The notes below the pieces were generated by a model. That model ran no database searches. It worked only from the letters and a program-made list of their open reading frames with translations, and was not told the DNA's origin. This document shows, in pieces, positions 1-8,891 of a stretch of 64,000 nucleotides of DNA. This DNA comes from Candidatus Coatesbacteria bacterium (GTDB taxonomy: Bacteria; RBG-13-66-14; B26-G2; JAUVZD01): positions 270,213 through 334,212 of the forward strand of contig JAUVZD010000001.1 of the NCBI GenBank assembly GCA_030602715.1, read 5' to 3'. The translations under genes were made by a program, and so were the position numbers. The stretch's first letter is position 1; every line of letters begins with the position of its first letter.

Positions 1-580
1 GGAGCTGAACAGCTATCTCGGAAAGGACGACATAGCCGGAGGCGTCTATGGCTGAGAAGTCAACCGCTTGCAGGGCGCATCTGCGAAAACAACGAAAACC
101 GTTAGTATAATCTTTGATGGGTATCCCCAACAGTGCCCGGGCGTAGAGGTTAGCCAGCTTGGAGAAGAGGCGGCGCAGGCAGGGCCAGTTGACGATACGA
201 GAGCTCGCCAGGTAGCGAGAGCCGATGACCATATCATACTCGGAGGTTTTCTCTATCAGCCTGGGGAGTTCGGCGGGGTGGTGGGAGAAGTCGGCGTCCA
301 TCTCGCAGATGAGCTCCGCACCGGCGGACAAAGCCCGCTTAAAACCCACAATGGTCGCCCCGCCCCGCCCCTCCTTCCCCCGACGGTGGATGACCTCCAG
401 ATGGGGATACTCTCCCCATAGATTATCAGCCAATCTGCCGGTTCCGTCCGGCGAGTTATCATCAACGATTATCAGGTGCAGATTGGGAACTGCCTCATAC
501 AACTCGGCGACCATTCGTTCAATATTATCCGCCTCGTTGTAGGTGGGGATTATGAGGGCTATTCTCTTAACACCTGCCAT
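1..580 (-). CDS. Glycosyltransferase family 2, polyprenyl-phosphate sugar transferase-like (ArnC/DPM1 type); 3' end lies beyond the window
   Basis: Absent from the ORF track because it is truncated by the window edge. Reverse-strand translation from ATG at 578-580 reads MAGVKRIALIIPTYNEADNIERMVAEL..IIVDDNSPDGTGRLA..GKEGRGGATIVGF..ICEMDADFSHHP, a GT-A/GT2 signature. Start is 27 nt downstream of the DegT-family stop, same strand. Confidence 0.75.
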   Translation of the reverse strand, partial: MAGVKRIALIIPTYNEADNIERMVAELYEAVPNLHLIIVDDNSPDGTGRLADNLWGEYPHLEVIHRRGKEGRGGATIVGFKRALSAGAELICEMDADFSHHPAELPRLIEKTSEYDMVIGSRYLASSRIVNWPCLRRLFSKLANLYARALLGIPIKDYTNGFRCFRRCALQAVDFSAIDASGYVVLSEIAVQL

Positions 581-606
581 TCCAACATCTTCTCCCCTGC
601 CCACCT

Positions 607-1815
607 TCACTCACCAAACTTTTTAAAGAATTCTGCAAAAGTAGCAACTATGTAATCCAGGTCCTCACCGCTGAGGTTTTGGTGAACGCCTATATACAAA
701 CCCCTGCGACCCACCGCCTCAGCGTTGGGGAACTCCCCTTTCTTATGACCCAGATACTCAAAAGCCGGCTGTTGGGTGGGGATGGAGCCGAATGCGGGAC
801 GAGTCTCTATTCGAGAGTGCTCAAGGTGTTTTACCAACTCCCTGCGGGTGAAGGGCGCTTCCTCCGACACCATAATTGGGTAGCAGAGGGGGCTTATCCA
901 CCCATCTTCACCTTCCTCAAATAGGTTTAGATAATCACAAAATTGCCCCAGCCCCTCATTGAGGAAGAAGAAGTTCTTACGTCTTGCCTGAACTATCTGG
1001 TCAAGTCGTTCTATCTGCTCCAGCCCGATAGCCGCCTCCAGATCGTTCATCTTGGCGGAGTAACCGATACGCAGGAAGCTGAAACGGGAATCCTCCAGGT
1101 CGCCACCTTGCTCAAAGCGAATTGAGCAGTAACCGCTGTCCACATTCAACTTGCAGACCGGGCAGGAGCAAGCCCGACCGTGAGCTCTGAGGGAACGGAG
1201 CACCTCAGCCTGCTTCTCATCTCCTGCCAGCACCGCCCCACCCTCGCCGGTGGTTATAATATGGGCGACATAGAAACTGAAAGCCCCCATATCCCCCATA
1301 GTCCCCACCAATTTGCCCTTATACCTGGCTCCATGGGCTTCTGCGGCGTCCTCCACCACGAACAGATTATGCTTCCGAGCCAACTCCAGAAGTGGGTCCA
1401 TATCACAGGGGCGCCCGAAAAGGTGCGTGGGAATCATACCCACAGTCTGGGGACCTATGGCCTGTGCCGCCGCCCGAGGGTCAATATTCCAGCTCTTTGG
1501 GTCCACATCCACAAATTCAGGCACATAACCTGCATGAATTATGGCATTGGCTACGGAGATAAAATTCAGCGCCGGGACCAACACCTCCCCCTGTGGTGGA
1601 TAGCCCAGTTGGCGAAAGGAGGCTAAGGCGATGGTATCTGCGTCGGTGCCGGTGGATACCGCCACGCAGTAGGGCATGCGGTGGTATTCGGCAAAAGCTT
1701 TCTCAAACCGGCGCACATTGACTCCACCGGATATTCTCCCACGTTTCAGGGCATCCACGACCATGTTGATACCCTTCTCCCCGATATCCACCGTACCGAC
1801 GGTTATCTTTCTCAT
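607..1815 (-). CDS. DegT/DnrJ/EryC1/StrS-family sugar-nucleotide PLP/PMP enzyme; His at the Schiff-base Lys position, so possibly a 3-dehydratase-like enzyme rather than an aminotransferase
   Basis: 402 aa ORF. VEDAAEAHGARYKGKLVGTMGDMGAFSFYVAHIITTGEGGAV aligns gap-free with the DegT/ArnB core (IEDAAHA..SFHAIKNITCAEGG), with His185 (codon 1261-1263) where the Lys is expected. CSCPVCKLNVDSGYC Cys cluster at 1126-1170. Confidence 0.8.
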   Translation of the reverse strand: MRKITVGTVDIGEKGINMVVDALKRGRISGGVNVRRFEKAFAEYHRMPYCVAVSTGTDADTIALASFRQLGYPPQGEVLVPALNFISVANAIIHAGYVPEFVDVDPKSWNIDPRAAAQAIGPQTVGMIPTHLFGRPCDMDPLLELARKHNLFVVEDAAEAHGARYKGKLVGTMGDMGAFSFYVAHIITTGEGGAVLAGDEKQAEVLRSLRAHGRACSCPVCKLNVDSGYCSIRFEQGGDLEDSRFSFLRIGYSAKMNDLEAAIGLEQIERLDQIVQARRKNFFFLNEGLGQFCDYLNLFEEGEDGWISPLCYPIMVSEEAPFTRRELVKHLEHSRIETRPAFGSIPTQQPAFEYLGHKKGEFPNAEAVGRRGLYIGVHQNLSGEDLDYIVATFAEFFKKFGE

Positions 1816-1919
1816 AACCCTTTTCTCTCCGCTTGAAGCAGCGACGATATTTAGGCAAAATTAGCATACATCACCGACACTATCAAGTGTGTAAAAATAA
1901 ATTCTAAAAAAGTTTGCAA

Positions 1920-1948
1920 TTGACTTATCTTCCACACTTTGATAGAAT
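1920..1948 (+). promoter_or_regulatory. Sigma-70-like promoter TTGACT-17-TAGAAT immediately upstream of folK; implies a leaderless or near-leaderless transcript
   Basis: TTGACT at 1920-1925, 17-nt spacer, TAGAAT at 1943-1948. folK ATG at 1955 is only 6 nt after the -10 and has no Shine-Dalgarno. Confidence 0.4.
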
Positions 1949-1954
1949 TCGCAG

Positions 1955-2512
1955 ATGGTTTACAACGACAGATTCAGTCACCGGGTATTTCTTGGGTTGG
2001 GTTCAAATCTAGGAGAGCGTGAGAAGAACCTACGGTCCGCCCTCGCCCTGCTGACCAAAGACGGACTGATAGACCTGGTCCACTGTTCAACGATTTACCG
2101 CACCGAAGGGGTTAATTCCGGGCGTGGTGAGCCGGAGTATCTCAACCAGGTCATTGAGGTGAACACCGGCCTCCCCCCGCACCATCTTCTTAAGGTATGC
2201 CGGCGAGTGGAGGAAAGATTAGGGCGTCCCTCCAGACGGAAACGGAGCGGTCCCAGGGTTCTGGACATTGATATACTTTTTTATGACGACATCATCGTAA
2301 ATAACGAGGAGCTGGTAATTCCCCATCCCCGGGCGGCAAGAAGGCGCTTCGTGCTAGAGCCCCTGGCCGAGATCGCTCCCGACCTCTTACACCCGGTAAT
2401 GCAGATGCCGATAAGCAAGCTCCTCAAATCCACCGACGACAACGGCTGGATTAAGGAGTATGAGCGGAAAGATAAGGGGAAGAGCCCGGTAAAACCGAAG
2501 GCGAAAAAATGA
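1955..2512 (+). CDS. folK: 2-amino-4-hydroxy-6-hydroxymethyldihydropteridine pyrophosphokinase (HPPK)
   Basis: VFLGLGSNLGERE..L, LDIDILFYDD, IPHPRAARRRFVLEPLAEIAP are HPPK hallmarks. Confidence 0.9.
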   Translation: MVYNDRFSHRVFLGLGSNLGEREKNLRSALALLTKDGLIDLVHCSTIYRTEGVNSGRGEPEYLNQVIEVNTGLPPHHLLKVCRRVEERLGRPSRRKRSGPRVLDIDILFYDDIIVNNEELVIPHPRAARRRFVLEPLAEIAPDLLHPVMQMPISKLLKSTDDNGWIKEYERKDKGKSPVKPKAKK

Positions 2513-3366
2513 CCGATTTTGACAATCTGCCCAAGATATTCAACCACCACTTCTCGGCGATGAAGGCTGAGAACCACCCCATCACCGCCCTGACCGCCTA
2601 CGATTATCCCACTGCGGAGCTTCTAGATGGCGTCGGTCTGGAGCTCATCCTGGTGGGGGATTCTCTGGGGATGGTGGTTCAGGGAAAGCCGACAACCATA
2701 GGGGTTACCCTGGAGGAGATGCTCTATCACTGTAATATGGTCAGTGGTGCGGTCAAGCGGGCGATGGTCTGCCTGGATATGCCCTTCATGAGCTACCAGG
2801 CAAACCAGGATGAGGCGCTTTATAATGCCGGTCGCTGTCTCGCCGAAGGGGGCGCCGGCTCGGTGAAGGTGGAAGGTGCACACATAGACCTCATCCGCAG
2901 GATGGTGGAGAACGGTATACCCGTCCTCGCCCACCTGGGCTGCACCCCGCAGAGTTACCACCAGCTCGGAGGTTACACTATAGTCGGAAAAGATGTCTCC
3001 CAGGCAAAACAGCTTCTATCCGATGGGTTGGCGGTGGAGGAAGCGGGGGCTTATGCGCTGGTCCTGGAGTGCGTCCCCACCGAAGTAGCCCAGACCATCA
3101 CCGGAAAGCTATCCATCCCCACCATCGGAATCGGTGCCGGTCCCCACTGCGACGGTCAGATTCTGGTGCTCCATGATATCCTCGGGCTCTACCACAAGAT
3201 ACCCAGACACGTAAAAGTCTATAAGGACCTGAATGCGGTAATCCGCCGGGCGATTTCAGAATACAAGCAAGATGTTCGCCGGGGCGATTTTCCCGGTGAG
3301 GATAACTACTACCGACTGGATAAAGCCACCCAAAAAGCGTGGCAGAAGGTTAAAAAGGCGAAGTGA
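2509..3366 (+). CDS. panB: 3-methyl-2-oxobutanoate hydroxymethyltransferase (ketopantoate hydroxymethyltransferase)
   Basis: ITALTAYDYPTAELLDGVGLELILVGDSLGMVVQG, GAGSVKVEG, PVLAHLGCTPQS. Overlaps the folK stop by 4 nt. Confidence 0.9.
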   Translation: MTDFDNLPKIFNHHFSAMKAENHPITALTAYDYPTAELLDGVGLELILVGDSLGMVVQGKPTTIGVTLEEMLYHCNMVSGAVKRAMVCLDMPFMSYQANQDEALYNAGRCLAEGGAGSVKVEGAHIDLIRRMVENGIPVLAHLGCTPQSYHQLGGYTIVGKDVSQAKQLLSDGLAVEEAGAYALVLECVPTEVAQTITGKLSIPTIGIGAGPHCDGQILVLHDILGLYHKIPRHVKVYKDLNAVIRRAISEYKQDVRRGDFPGEDNYYRLDKATQKAWQKVKKAK

Positions 3367-3378
3367 GGGAACAAATAG

Positions 3379-4257
3379 ATGGAGCTGGTAGTTGATGTAA
3401 CGGAGATGCAAGCCCTTGCCGACAAAGCTCGCCTGGAGGGAGAACGCATCGCCCTGGTTCCCACCATGGGCGCACTCCACCAGGGGCACATGTCGCTGGT
3501 GAAATTAGCCCGGGAACGGTGCGATTTCCTGGTGGTCTCCATCTATGTCAACCCCGCCCAGTTTGCTCCCGAAGAAGACCTGGACATCTATCCCCGCACC
3601 TTGGAGAAGGATGAGGAGAGCTGCCGTGGGGCAGGTGTGGATGTCATCTTCGCTCCCGAGGACAAGACGATGTATCCTGAGCGATACTCCACCTATGTCA
3701 ATGTTGAGGGTTTGAGCGAGGTTTTGTGCGGAGCCAGCCGACCGACCCACTTTCGGGGAGTAAGCACCATTGTCGCCAAGCTGTTTAACATCGTCAAACC
3801 GCATATAGCGGTCTTCGGTCAAAAGGATGCCCAGCAGGCTGTGGTCATCAAGCGGATGACCGCCGACTTGAACTGGGATATAGAGATAGCCGTTGCGCCC
3901 ATCTTGCGGGAGGAGGACGGCTTGGCGATGAGCTCCCGCAATCGCCACCTATCAGCACAGGAGCGAAAGGGAGCGGTCCTGCTCCATCAAGCGCTCAGCG
4001 AGGCAAAGGCTTTGCTGGGTGAGGGGGAACGGTCCGCTGAAAAGTTGAAGAAAAGGATGAAAGAGATAATCTCCGCAAAGACACTGAACCGCATTGATTA
4101 TATATCTGTGGTGGAGGCGGATAGCCTGAGGGATGTATCAGAGATAAAAGGCGAAACCCTGCTTGCCCTGGCGGTTTACGCCGGGGAGACGCGACTAATA
4201 GATAATATGCTCATCGGAGCTGACGATTTGAAATCCATTAATGAGGAAGGCAATTGA
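3379..4257 (+). CDS. panC: Pantoate--beta-alanine ligase
   Basis: ALVPTMGALHQGHMSLV, VSIYVNPAQF, VFGQKDAQQ motifs. Confidence 0.9.
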   Translation: MELVVDVTEMQALADKARLEGERIALVPTMGALHQGHMSLVKLARERCDFLVVSIYVNPAQFAPEEDLDIYPRTLEKDEESCRGAGVDVIFAPEDKTMYPERYSTYVNVEGLSEVLCGASRPTHFRGVSTIVAKLFNIVKPHIAVFGQKDAQQAVVIKRMTADLNWDIEIAVAPILREEDGLAMSSRNRHLSAQERKGAVLLHQALSEAKALLGEGERSAEKLKKRMKEIISAKTLNRIDYISVVEADSLRDVSEIKGETLLALAVYAGETRLIDNMLIGADDLKSINEEGN

Positions 4258-4258
4258 G

Positions 4259-4606
4259 ATGCTTAGGAAATTCTGCCGTTCCAAGATATACAACGCCAGG
4301 ATTACCTTCAAACAGTTGGAATATGAGGGTAGTATTACAATTGACGCCCAGCTTATGGAGCTGGCGGAAATTGCCGAGGGGGAGATAGTCGCAGTGCTCA
4401 ATATCAACAATGGGGCTCGCTTTGAGACCTATGTCATCAAAGGAGACAGGGGAAGCGGGGTTGTTGGACTAAACGGCGCCGCCGCCCGTCTCGGGGAGGT
4501 CGGCGATAAAGTGATCATATTCGCCTTCGGGTATCTTTCCCCTGAGGAGACCGAGGACTTCTCCATGCGCCGTCTCCATGTGGATGATAATAACCGTCCC
4601 CAATAA
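4259..4606 (+). CDS. panD: Aspartate 1-decarboxylase
   Basis: MLRKFCRSKIYNARITFKQLEYEGSITID resembles the PanD N-terminus incl. the G-S processing site context. Start chosen at ATG 4259 (1 nt after the panC stop, RBS gaggaagg upstream) rather than the ORF-track start at 4241. Confidence 0.85.
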   Translation: MLRKFCRSKIYNARITFKQLEYEGSITIDAQLMELAEIAEGEIVAVLNINNGARFETYVIKGDRGSGVVGLNGAAARLGEVGDKVIIFAFGYLSPEETEDFSMRRLHVDDNNRPQ

Positions 4607-4659
4607 AATAAACCCCTAAAAACAACCCATAAAATACCCCACCAAGGTCACCCCAGATT

Positions 4660-7242
4660 ATGTTTAATAGAACCATTATAACGATATTGATGATAATCAC
4701 CGCGATTGGGGCGCTGTCCACCTCCAGCCGTGCCGAACTAACCGACAAACTATCGCTGGGGATCGATATGTTCGATCACCAGCTTTTCAATTTAGCCGCT
4801 CATCAGTTCCGGGAATACATCCACCAGAATCCCACCGCATCCGACCTGGACCTGGCGCAGTTCTATTTAGCCCACTGCGACCAATCCCTGGGCAACTATC
4901 ACCAAGCCATTCAGGAATACCGTGACCTGCTCATCACCTACCCCGGCTCCTCCCTGGTTGATGCCGGCTGGCTGGAGCTCTCTCGTTGTTACATGAAGAA
5001 AGGCGATGAGGCAAGCGCCGAGGAGGCACTGCGAAAGGCGCTCAGCCTCCCGATGAAGAAAGAGGTCAACTTCGCCGCCCACTCCGAACTGGGCACTCTG
5101 CTATATAACCAGAATCAATTTGAGCAGGCGGTCTCCGTCTATCTCCAGCTCATGGAGGCCACCCCAGACCTGAACAAGACCGCCTGGGAGAGATACCGCC
5201 TGGCTCAGGTCTATATCACCATGGAAGACTACCAGAAGGCAATAGTCCAACTGGAGTTGATAGACTCAAGTGAACCTCACCCACTGCTCAAGGCTCTAAC
5301 CAACTATCATCTCGCCCACTGCCGGGCGGCTCTGGGGCAGTTGGAAGAAGCTTTAGGAATCCTTGATTACGACCAGCTTTTCCCGGAGGAGATGCTCTCT
5401 CATAAGCTATTCCTGCAAGCAAGCCTGCAGGTGGCGCTAAACGAATATCCGCAGGCTCTGGAGACCTTAAACGAGCTCATAGAGGCAGAGGATTCCATGC
5501 GGTCTCAGGTTCCCATCTTGCAAGACCCAACCATCACCACTGAGGACATCCGCATAATCTCCGCCTGGCTGGATTTTCAGCTGGGAGACCACATCAGTGC
5601 CGAAGGCAAGCTGGCGGAGGTCTATTCCCAGGCGAAGGACGCCGAAACCCAAGCCCAAACTTTGTTTCTGATAGGATACCTCAGCTACCAGAGGGAGAAC
5701 TACCCCTTCGCCCTGGAATATTTCGCCAAGTTCGCCTCCGACTTCCCCCACCATCCCTATCTGGTGCAAGCGATATACTACCAGGGCTGGTGCCACTACA
5801 AAATGGGAGATTATGAGCAGGCCAGGGACATATTCTCCACCCTTCTCGCTCAAAATCCCCAGATTGAGGAGAGCCCCTACTTTGCCTTTCTGGTGGGGGA
5901 GTGCGGCTATAAGACCGAGCACTACCAGCGGGCTATGGAGGATTTTGAGCTCTTCACCCGCAACTACCCCCAAAGCAGTTTGTATCTATACGGTTTTCTG
6001 CGCACCGCCGACTGCCTCTTTCAGCTGGGGGAGAACGAACAGGCGGTTGACCACTACCGTGACTTCATTGATAAATATCCCCAATCCGACATCACCCCCC
6101 TGGCTTACTGGAATCTTGGCAGGGCATATAGCAATCTCGGTCAAACGGAGGAGATGCGCGATGTCTATATTGAGTTTATCACCAACTTCCCGGACCATGA
6201 ACTTGCCGACGATTCCGCCCTGGCTATGGTGAGGTCGCTCTACCTGGAGGGAAAATACGAACTGTGCATCGGATGGGTTGACGACTTCACAGACAGACTT
6301 CCTAAAAGCGACTTTGCTCCCAAGATGCTCTGGTATAAGGGAAAATCGCTCTACGACCTCACCCGCTATGATAGCGCCATGAAGGTTTTTGCCTATATAC
6401 ATAAGAACTACTCCGCCACCATAGTGGGGCAGGATGCGCTCTATTACACCTACCTCACCGACCAGAAATTGGGTAAATACTCCAATCCACTTACCGCATC
6501 CGTTGCCTTCTTGAACGAACATCCCCAGAGCAGTCTGGCTCCAAAAGTCAAAATTTTAGTAGCCCAATACTACAGCGACGAACGAAACTTCAGCTACGCC
6601 ACCAAGTTGTTGAAGGAGATTCTCTCAGAGGAGGAGGATATTGGAATACTCTGTGAGGCTACCGAAAAACTGGCGGACATCTATAAACGCCAGGGGATGG
6701 ATATAGACGCAGCCGAGATTTACGTGTGGCTGGCGGAGCGCATGAAGAGATCGCCCTCCCGCTATGATTATCTGCTAAAGGCGGCGGGGCTCTATAACGA
6801 AGGTGGACTGGCGGAGGAAGCCATAGACATCTATCAGGTCTTTCTGGACGAAATACCCCACGATCCCCGAATAAGCACGGTCCTATACAATCTGGGGTTA
6901 ATTTATAAGGACCTGCGCATGTTTGAAAGCGCTCAGGTGATATTGGATAAGCTGGTGCGGGAGTGGCAAAGCAGTAAGGAGTATCTATTGGGTTGTTTTC
7001 AGCTGGCTTTCGTATATCAATATCTAGCCGACCTTCCCAAAGCCATCAAATATCATAAGATAGTCATATATAACGGCGGGGCAGATCTGGCGGTTCAGTC
7101 TATGTATTGGGTTGGAAAATGTTATTACGATCTGCGAGAGTTTTCGGCGGCGGAGGAATGGTTGAAAAGGCTGGTAAGGGAATATCCCACTCACACCGCT
7201 TGGGTGAATAAGGCAGATGCGCTACTGGAAAAAATGTACTGA
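4660..7242 (+). CDS. Large secreted tetratricopeptide-repeat (TPR) protein
   Basis: 860 aa; N-terminal signal peptide (MFNRTIITILMIITAIGALSTSSRA); repeated TPR-like helical units with W/Y-x-LG-x-Y spacing throughout (e.g. AYWNLGRAYSNLGQ, LYNLGLIYKDLRMF). Confidence 0.7.
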   Translation: MFNRTIITILMIITAIGALSTSSRAELTDKLSLGIDMFDHQLFNLAAHQFREYIHQNPTASDLDLAQFYLAHCDQSLGNYHQAIQEYRDLLITYPGSSLVDAGWLELSRCYMKKGDEASAEEALRKALSLPMKKEVNFAAHSELGTLLYNQNQFEQAVSVYLQLMEATPDLNKTAWERYRLAQVYITMEDYQKAIVQLELIDSSEPHPLLKALTNYHLAHCRAALGQLEEALGILDYDQLFPEEMLSHKLFLQASLQVALNEYPQALETLNELIEAEDSMRSQVPILQDPTITTEDIRIISAWLDFQLGDHISAEGKLAEVYSQAKDAETQAQTLFLIGYLSYQRENYPFALEYFAKFASDFPHHPYLVQAIYYQGWCHYKMGDYEQARDIFSTLLAQNPQIEESPYFAFLVGECGYKTEHYQRAMEDFELFTRNYPQSSLYLYGFLRTADCLFQLGENEQAVDHYRDFIDKYPQSDITPLAYWNLGRAYSNLGQTEEMRDVYIEFITNFPDHELADDSALAMVRSLYLEGKYELCIGWVDDFTDRLPKSDFAPKMLWYKGKSLYDLTRYDSAMKVFAYIHKNYSATIVGQDALYYTYLTDQKLGKYSNPLTASVAFLNEHPQSSLAPKVKILVAQYYSDERNFSYATKLLKEILSEEEDIGILCEATEKLADIYKRQGMDIDAAEIYVWLAERMKRSPSRYDYLLKAAGLYNEGGLAEEAIDIYQVFLDEIPHDPRISTVLYNLGLIYKDLRMFESAQVILDKLVREWQSSKEYLLGCFQLAFVYQYLADLPKAIKYHKIVIYNGGADLAVQSMYWVGKCYYDLREFSAAEEWLKRLVREYPTHTAWVNKADALLEKMY

Positions 7243-8821
7243 TAGGAATAAGCTGGCGCTTTATTCTATTTTCGTCCTCTGTGCAATCCTATGCCCCAGC
7301 GCACAAAGTTGCGCCGACGACGACATAGATAAGAAGGCTGAGGAATCCCTCTTTGCGCCGGATCCTTTCACCGATGTCTATGAATTTTTGCAAAAAGCCT
7401 CTCCCCATAAGTCCGCCTTCCGGGTGGATAGAGTGGAGGAGCTGACCCAGCCGCCAGACGAGCAAGGTGCCGAAAACCACGAACGGCGAGGTTTCTATCA
7501 CACCATAGAGGCTTGCGGGGGATTGGGGGAAAAGAATAGCCGTCAATTTGACGGCATCTACGGTATGGAGAGCAAAATACTCAACCAGGTCATCCTGGGG
7601 AAATATCTATCCCTAGGAAATAGTGGTGCGGAAGGATACCGAGAGAACATACATTTAAAATACGACCTGCTCTTTGACCTCACCTTCGGACGGCAGTTAA
7701 GCTGTGGCTTGGAGTATTTCCGCAACCGATACAGTTACCAATCACCCGAACACCCCGGCACCCCACCAGTTTATTTTTCAACACAAGCAACTGAACATAG
7801 ATATTTTGATATCGGCGCCTTTACCGACCTGGGGAAGTATATCAAAATCTATTTTGACGGCTTTGCCGAATCTGACCACCTGGAAGACGAGAGCTCCAGT
7901 TATAAACACCGCACCTTGGGCGGGGAGTTCTGCGGACAGTTCATCCTGCCAAATTGGGACTATCTAACCAAGGTGGAGTTGGATGTCTATAGAGACTGGA
8001 TGAGTGGAGCCGAAAGTAGGGCTACATTTATAAATATTTCTCTTGAAAACGAACTCCCCATAAAAGACCATCTCTTTCTCACCTTTGGAGGAAGGATTGA
8101 CAGCTACCGCAATCTCATCACCCGGTTCTATCCCACCGCCGGCATCCACCTGCGTATCAACCCCAAGACCGGCTTCTACCTATATTATCAGCCCCAACTG
8201 AGCCGACTTGATTTTCACCATCTCTTCATTGATGAGCGTTATTCCACGGTAAGCGAGCCGCTCAAGCCCACCCAGGAATACACCTCCATCACCGCCGGCT
8301 TCAACTACAACTTCTCCCAGTTGATAGAGAGCAAAGTAGAGTTATACCGCAAGGATGTTCTGGATTACATATACTACACTGATTATGATGGTCTCATCAC
8401 TCCCGCCAATCTCCACCAAGCCACCATCTACGGCATAAAGATAAGCTACTCCTTTAGAGCCAGCGAACGTTTTAATCATTACGCCTCTCTCAACATAGAG
8501 GATATAATTGATGACGAGAACGCTTTCCAGGTTATCCCTTACCACCCCCGCATCACCTTTGACGCCGGAATTGAACTCTCCCCCCTATCCTTATGGGAGT
8601 TGAGCATCGGGGGCAGATTTGTCGGTGACCGCCCCACCTCCTATCCGGAGACTACTCTGGACTCATATTTTATCCTCAACACCCAATCGGTTCTGTGGAT
8701 AACCCCCTATCTCGGTTTTGACCTGCACCTGGACAACCTGCTCAACTCCCAGTATGAGGAAATATCCAACCTCACCCATCCCGGTCGCTTCATCTCCGCC
8801 GGCTTGCGGCTGAAAATATAG
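7217..8821 (+). CDS. Hypothetical secreted protein, beta-rich, possibly outer-membrane associated
   Basis: 534 aa ORF overlapping the TPR gene end by 26 nt; hydrophobic N-terminus (LALYSIFVLCAILCPSAQSC); alternating aromatic/polar stretches typical of beta-strands. No recognisable catalytic motif. Confidence 0.4.
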   Translation: MRYWKKCTDRNKLALYSIFVLCAILCPSAQSCADDDIDKKAEESLFAPDPFTDVYEFLQKASPHKSAFRVDRVEELTQPPDEQGAENHERRGFYHTIEACGGLGEKNSRQFDGIYGMESKILNQVILGKYLSLGNSGAEGYRENIHLKYDLLFDLTFGRQLSCGLEYFRNRYSYQSPEHPGTPPVYFSTQATEHRYFDIGAFTDLGKYIKIYFDGFAESDHLEDESSSYKHRTLGGEFCGQFILPNWDYLTKVELDVYRDWMSGAESRATFINISLENELPIKDHLFLTFGGRIDSYRNLITRFYPTAGIHLRINPKTGFYLYYQPQLSRLDFHHLFIDERYSTVSEPLKPTQEYTSITAGFNYNFSQLIESKVELYRKDVLDYIYYTDYDGLITPANLHQATIYGIKISYSFRASERFNHYASLNIEDIIDDENAFQVIPYHPRITFDAGIELSPLSLWELSIGGRFVGDRPTSYPETTLDSYFILNTQSVLWITPYLGFDLHLDNLLNSQYEEISNLTHPGRFISAGLRLKI

Positions 8822-8838
8822 TTGTTTAAATACAACAT

Positions 8839-8860
8839 ATCTCTCGGCAAGCCGAGAGAT
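8839..8860. terminator. Inverted repeat between convergent genes (putative bidirectional terminator)
   Basis: atctctcggc / gccgagagat perfect inverted repeat 18 nt after the stop at 8821 and 32 nt from the asnB stop on the other strand. Confidence 0.45.
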
Positions 8861-8891
8861 TCAGGGCTCCTCCCAAGCAATCCGTTCGCGG

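Noticed and set aside
68-542. Plus-strand ORFs 68..421 and 225..542
   Set aside because: Antisense to the truncated GT2 gene (1..580, minus), which has a clear GT-A signature.
1994-2006. tRNA T-loop-like string gggttcaaatct
   Set aside because: Lies inside the conserved folK coding sequence (encodes GLGSNLG); no acceptor or anticodon stem context; coincidental.
5467-6522. Two minus-strand ORFs (168 and 178 aa)
   Set aside because: Antisense to the large TPR gene; low-complexity G/V/L-rich translations without start context or motifs.
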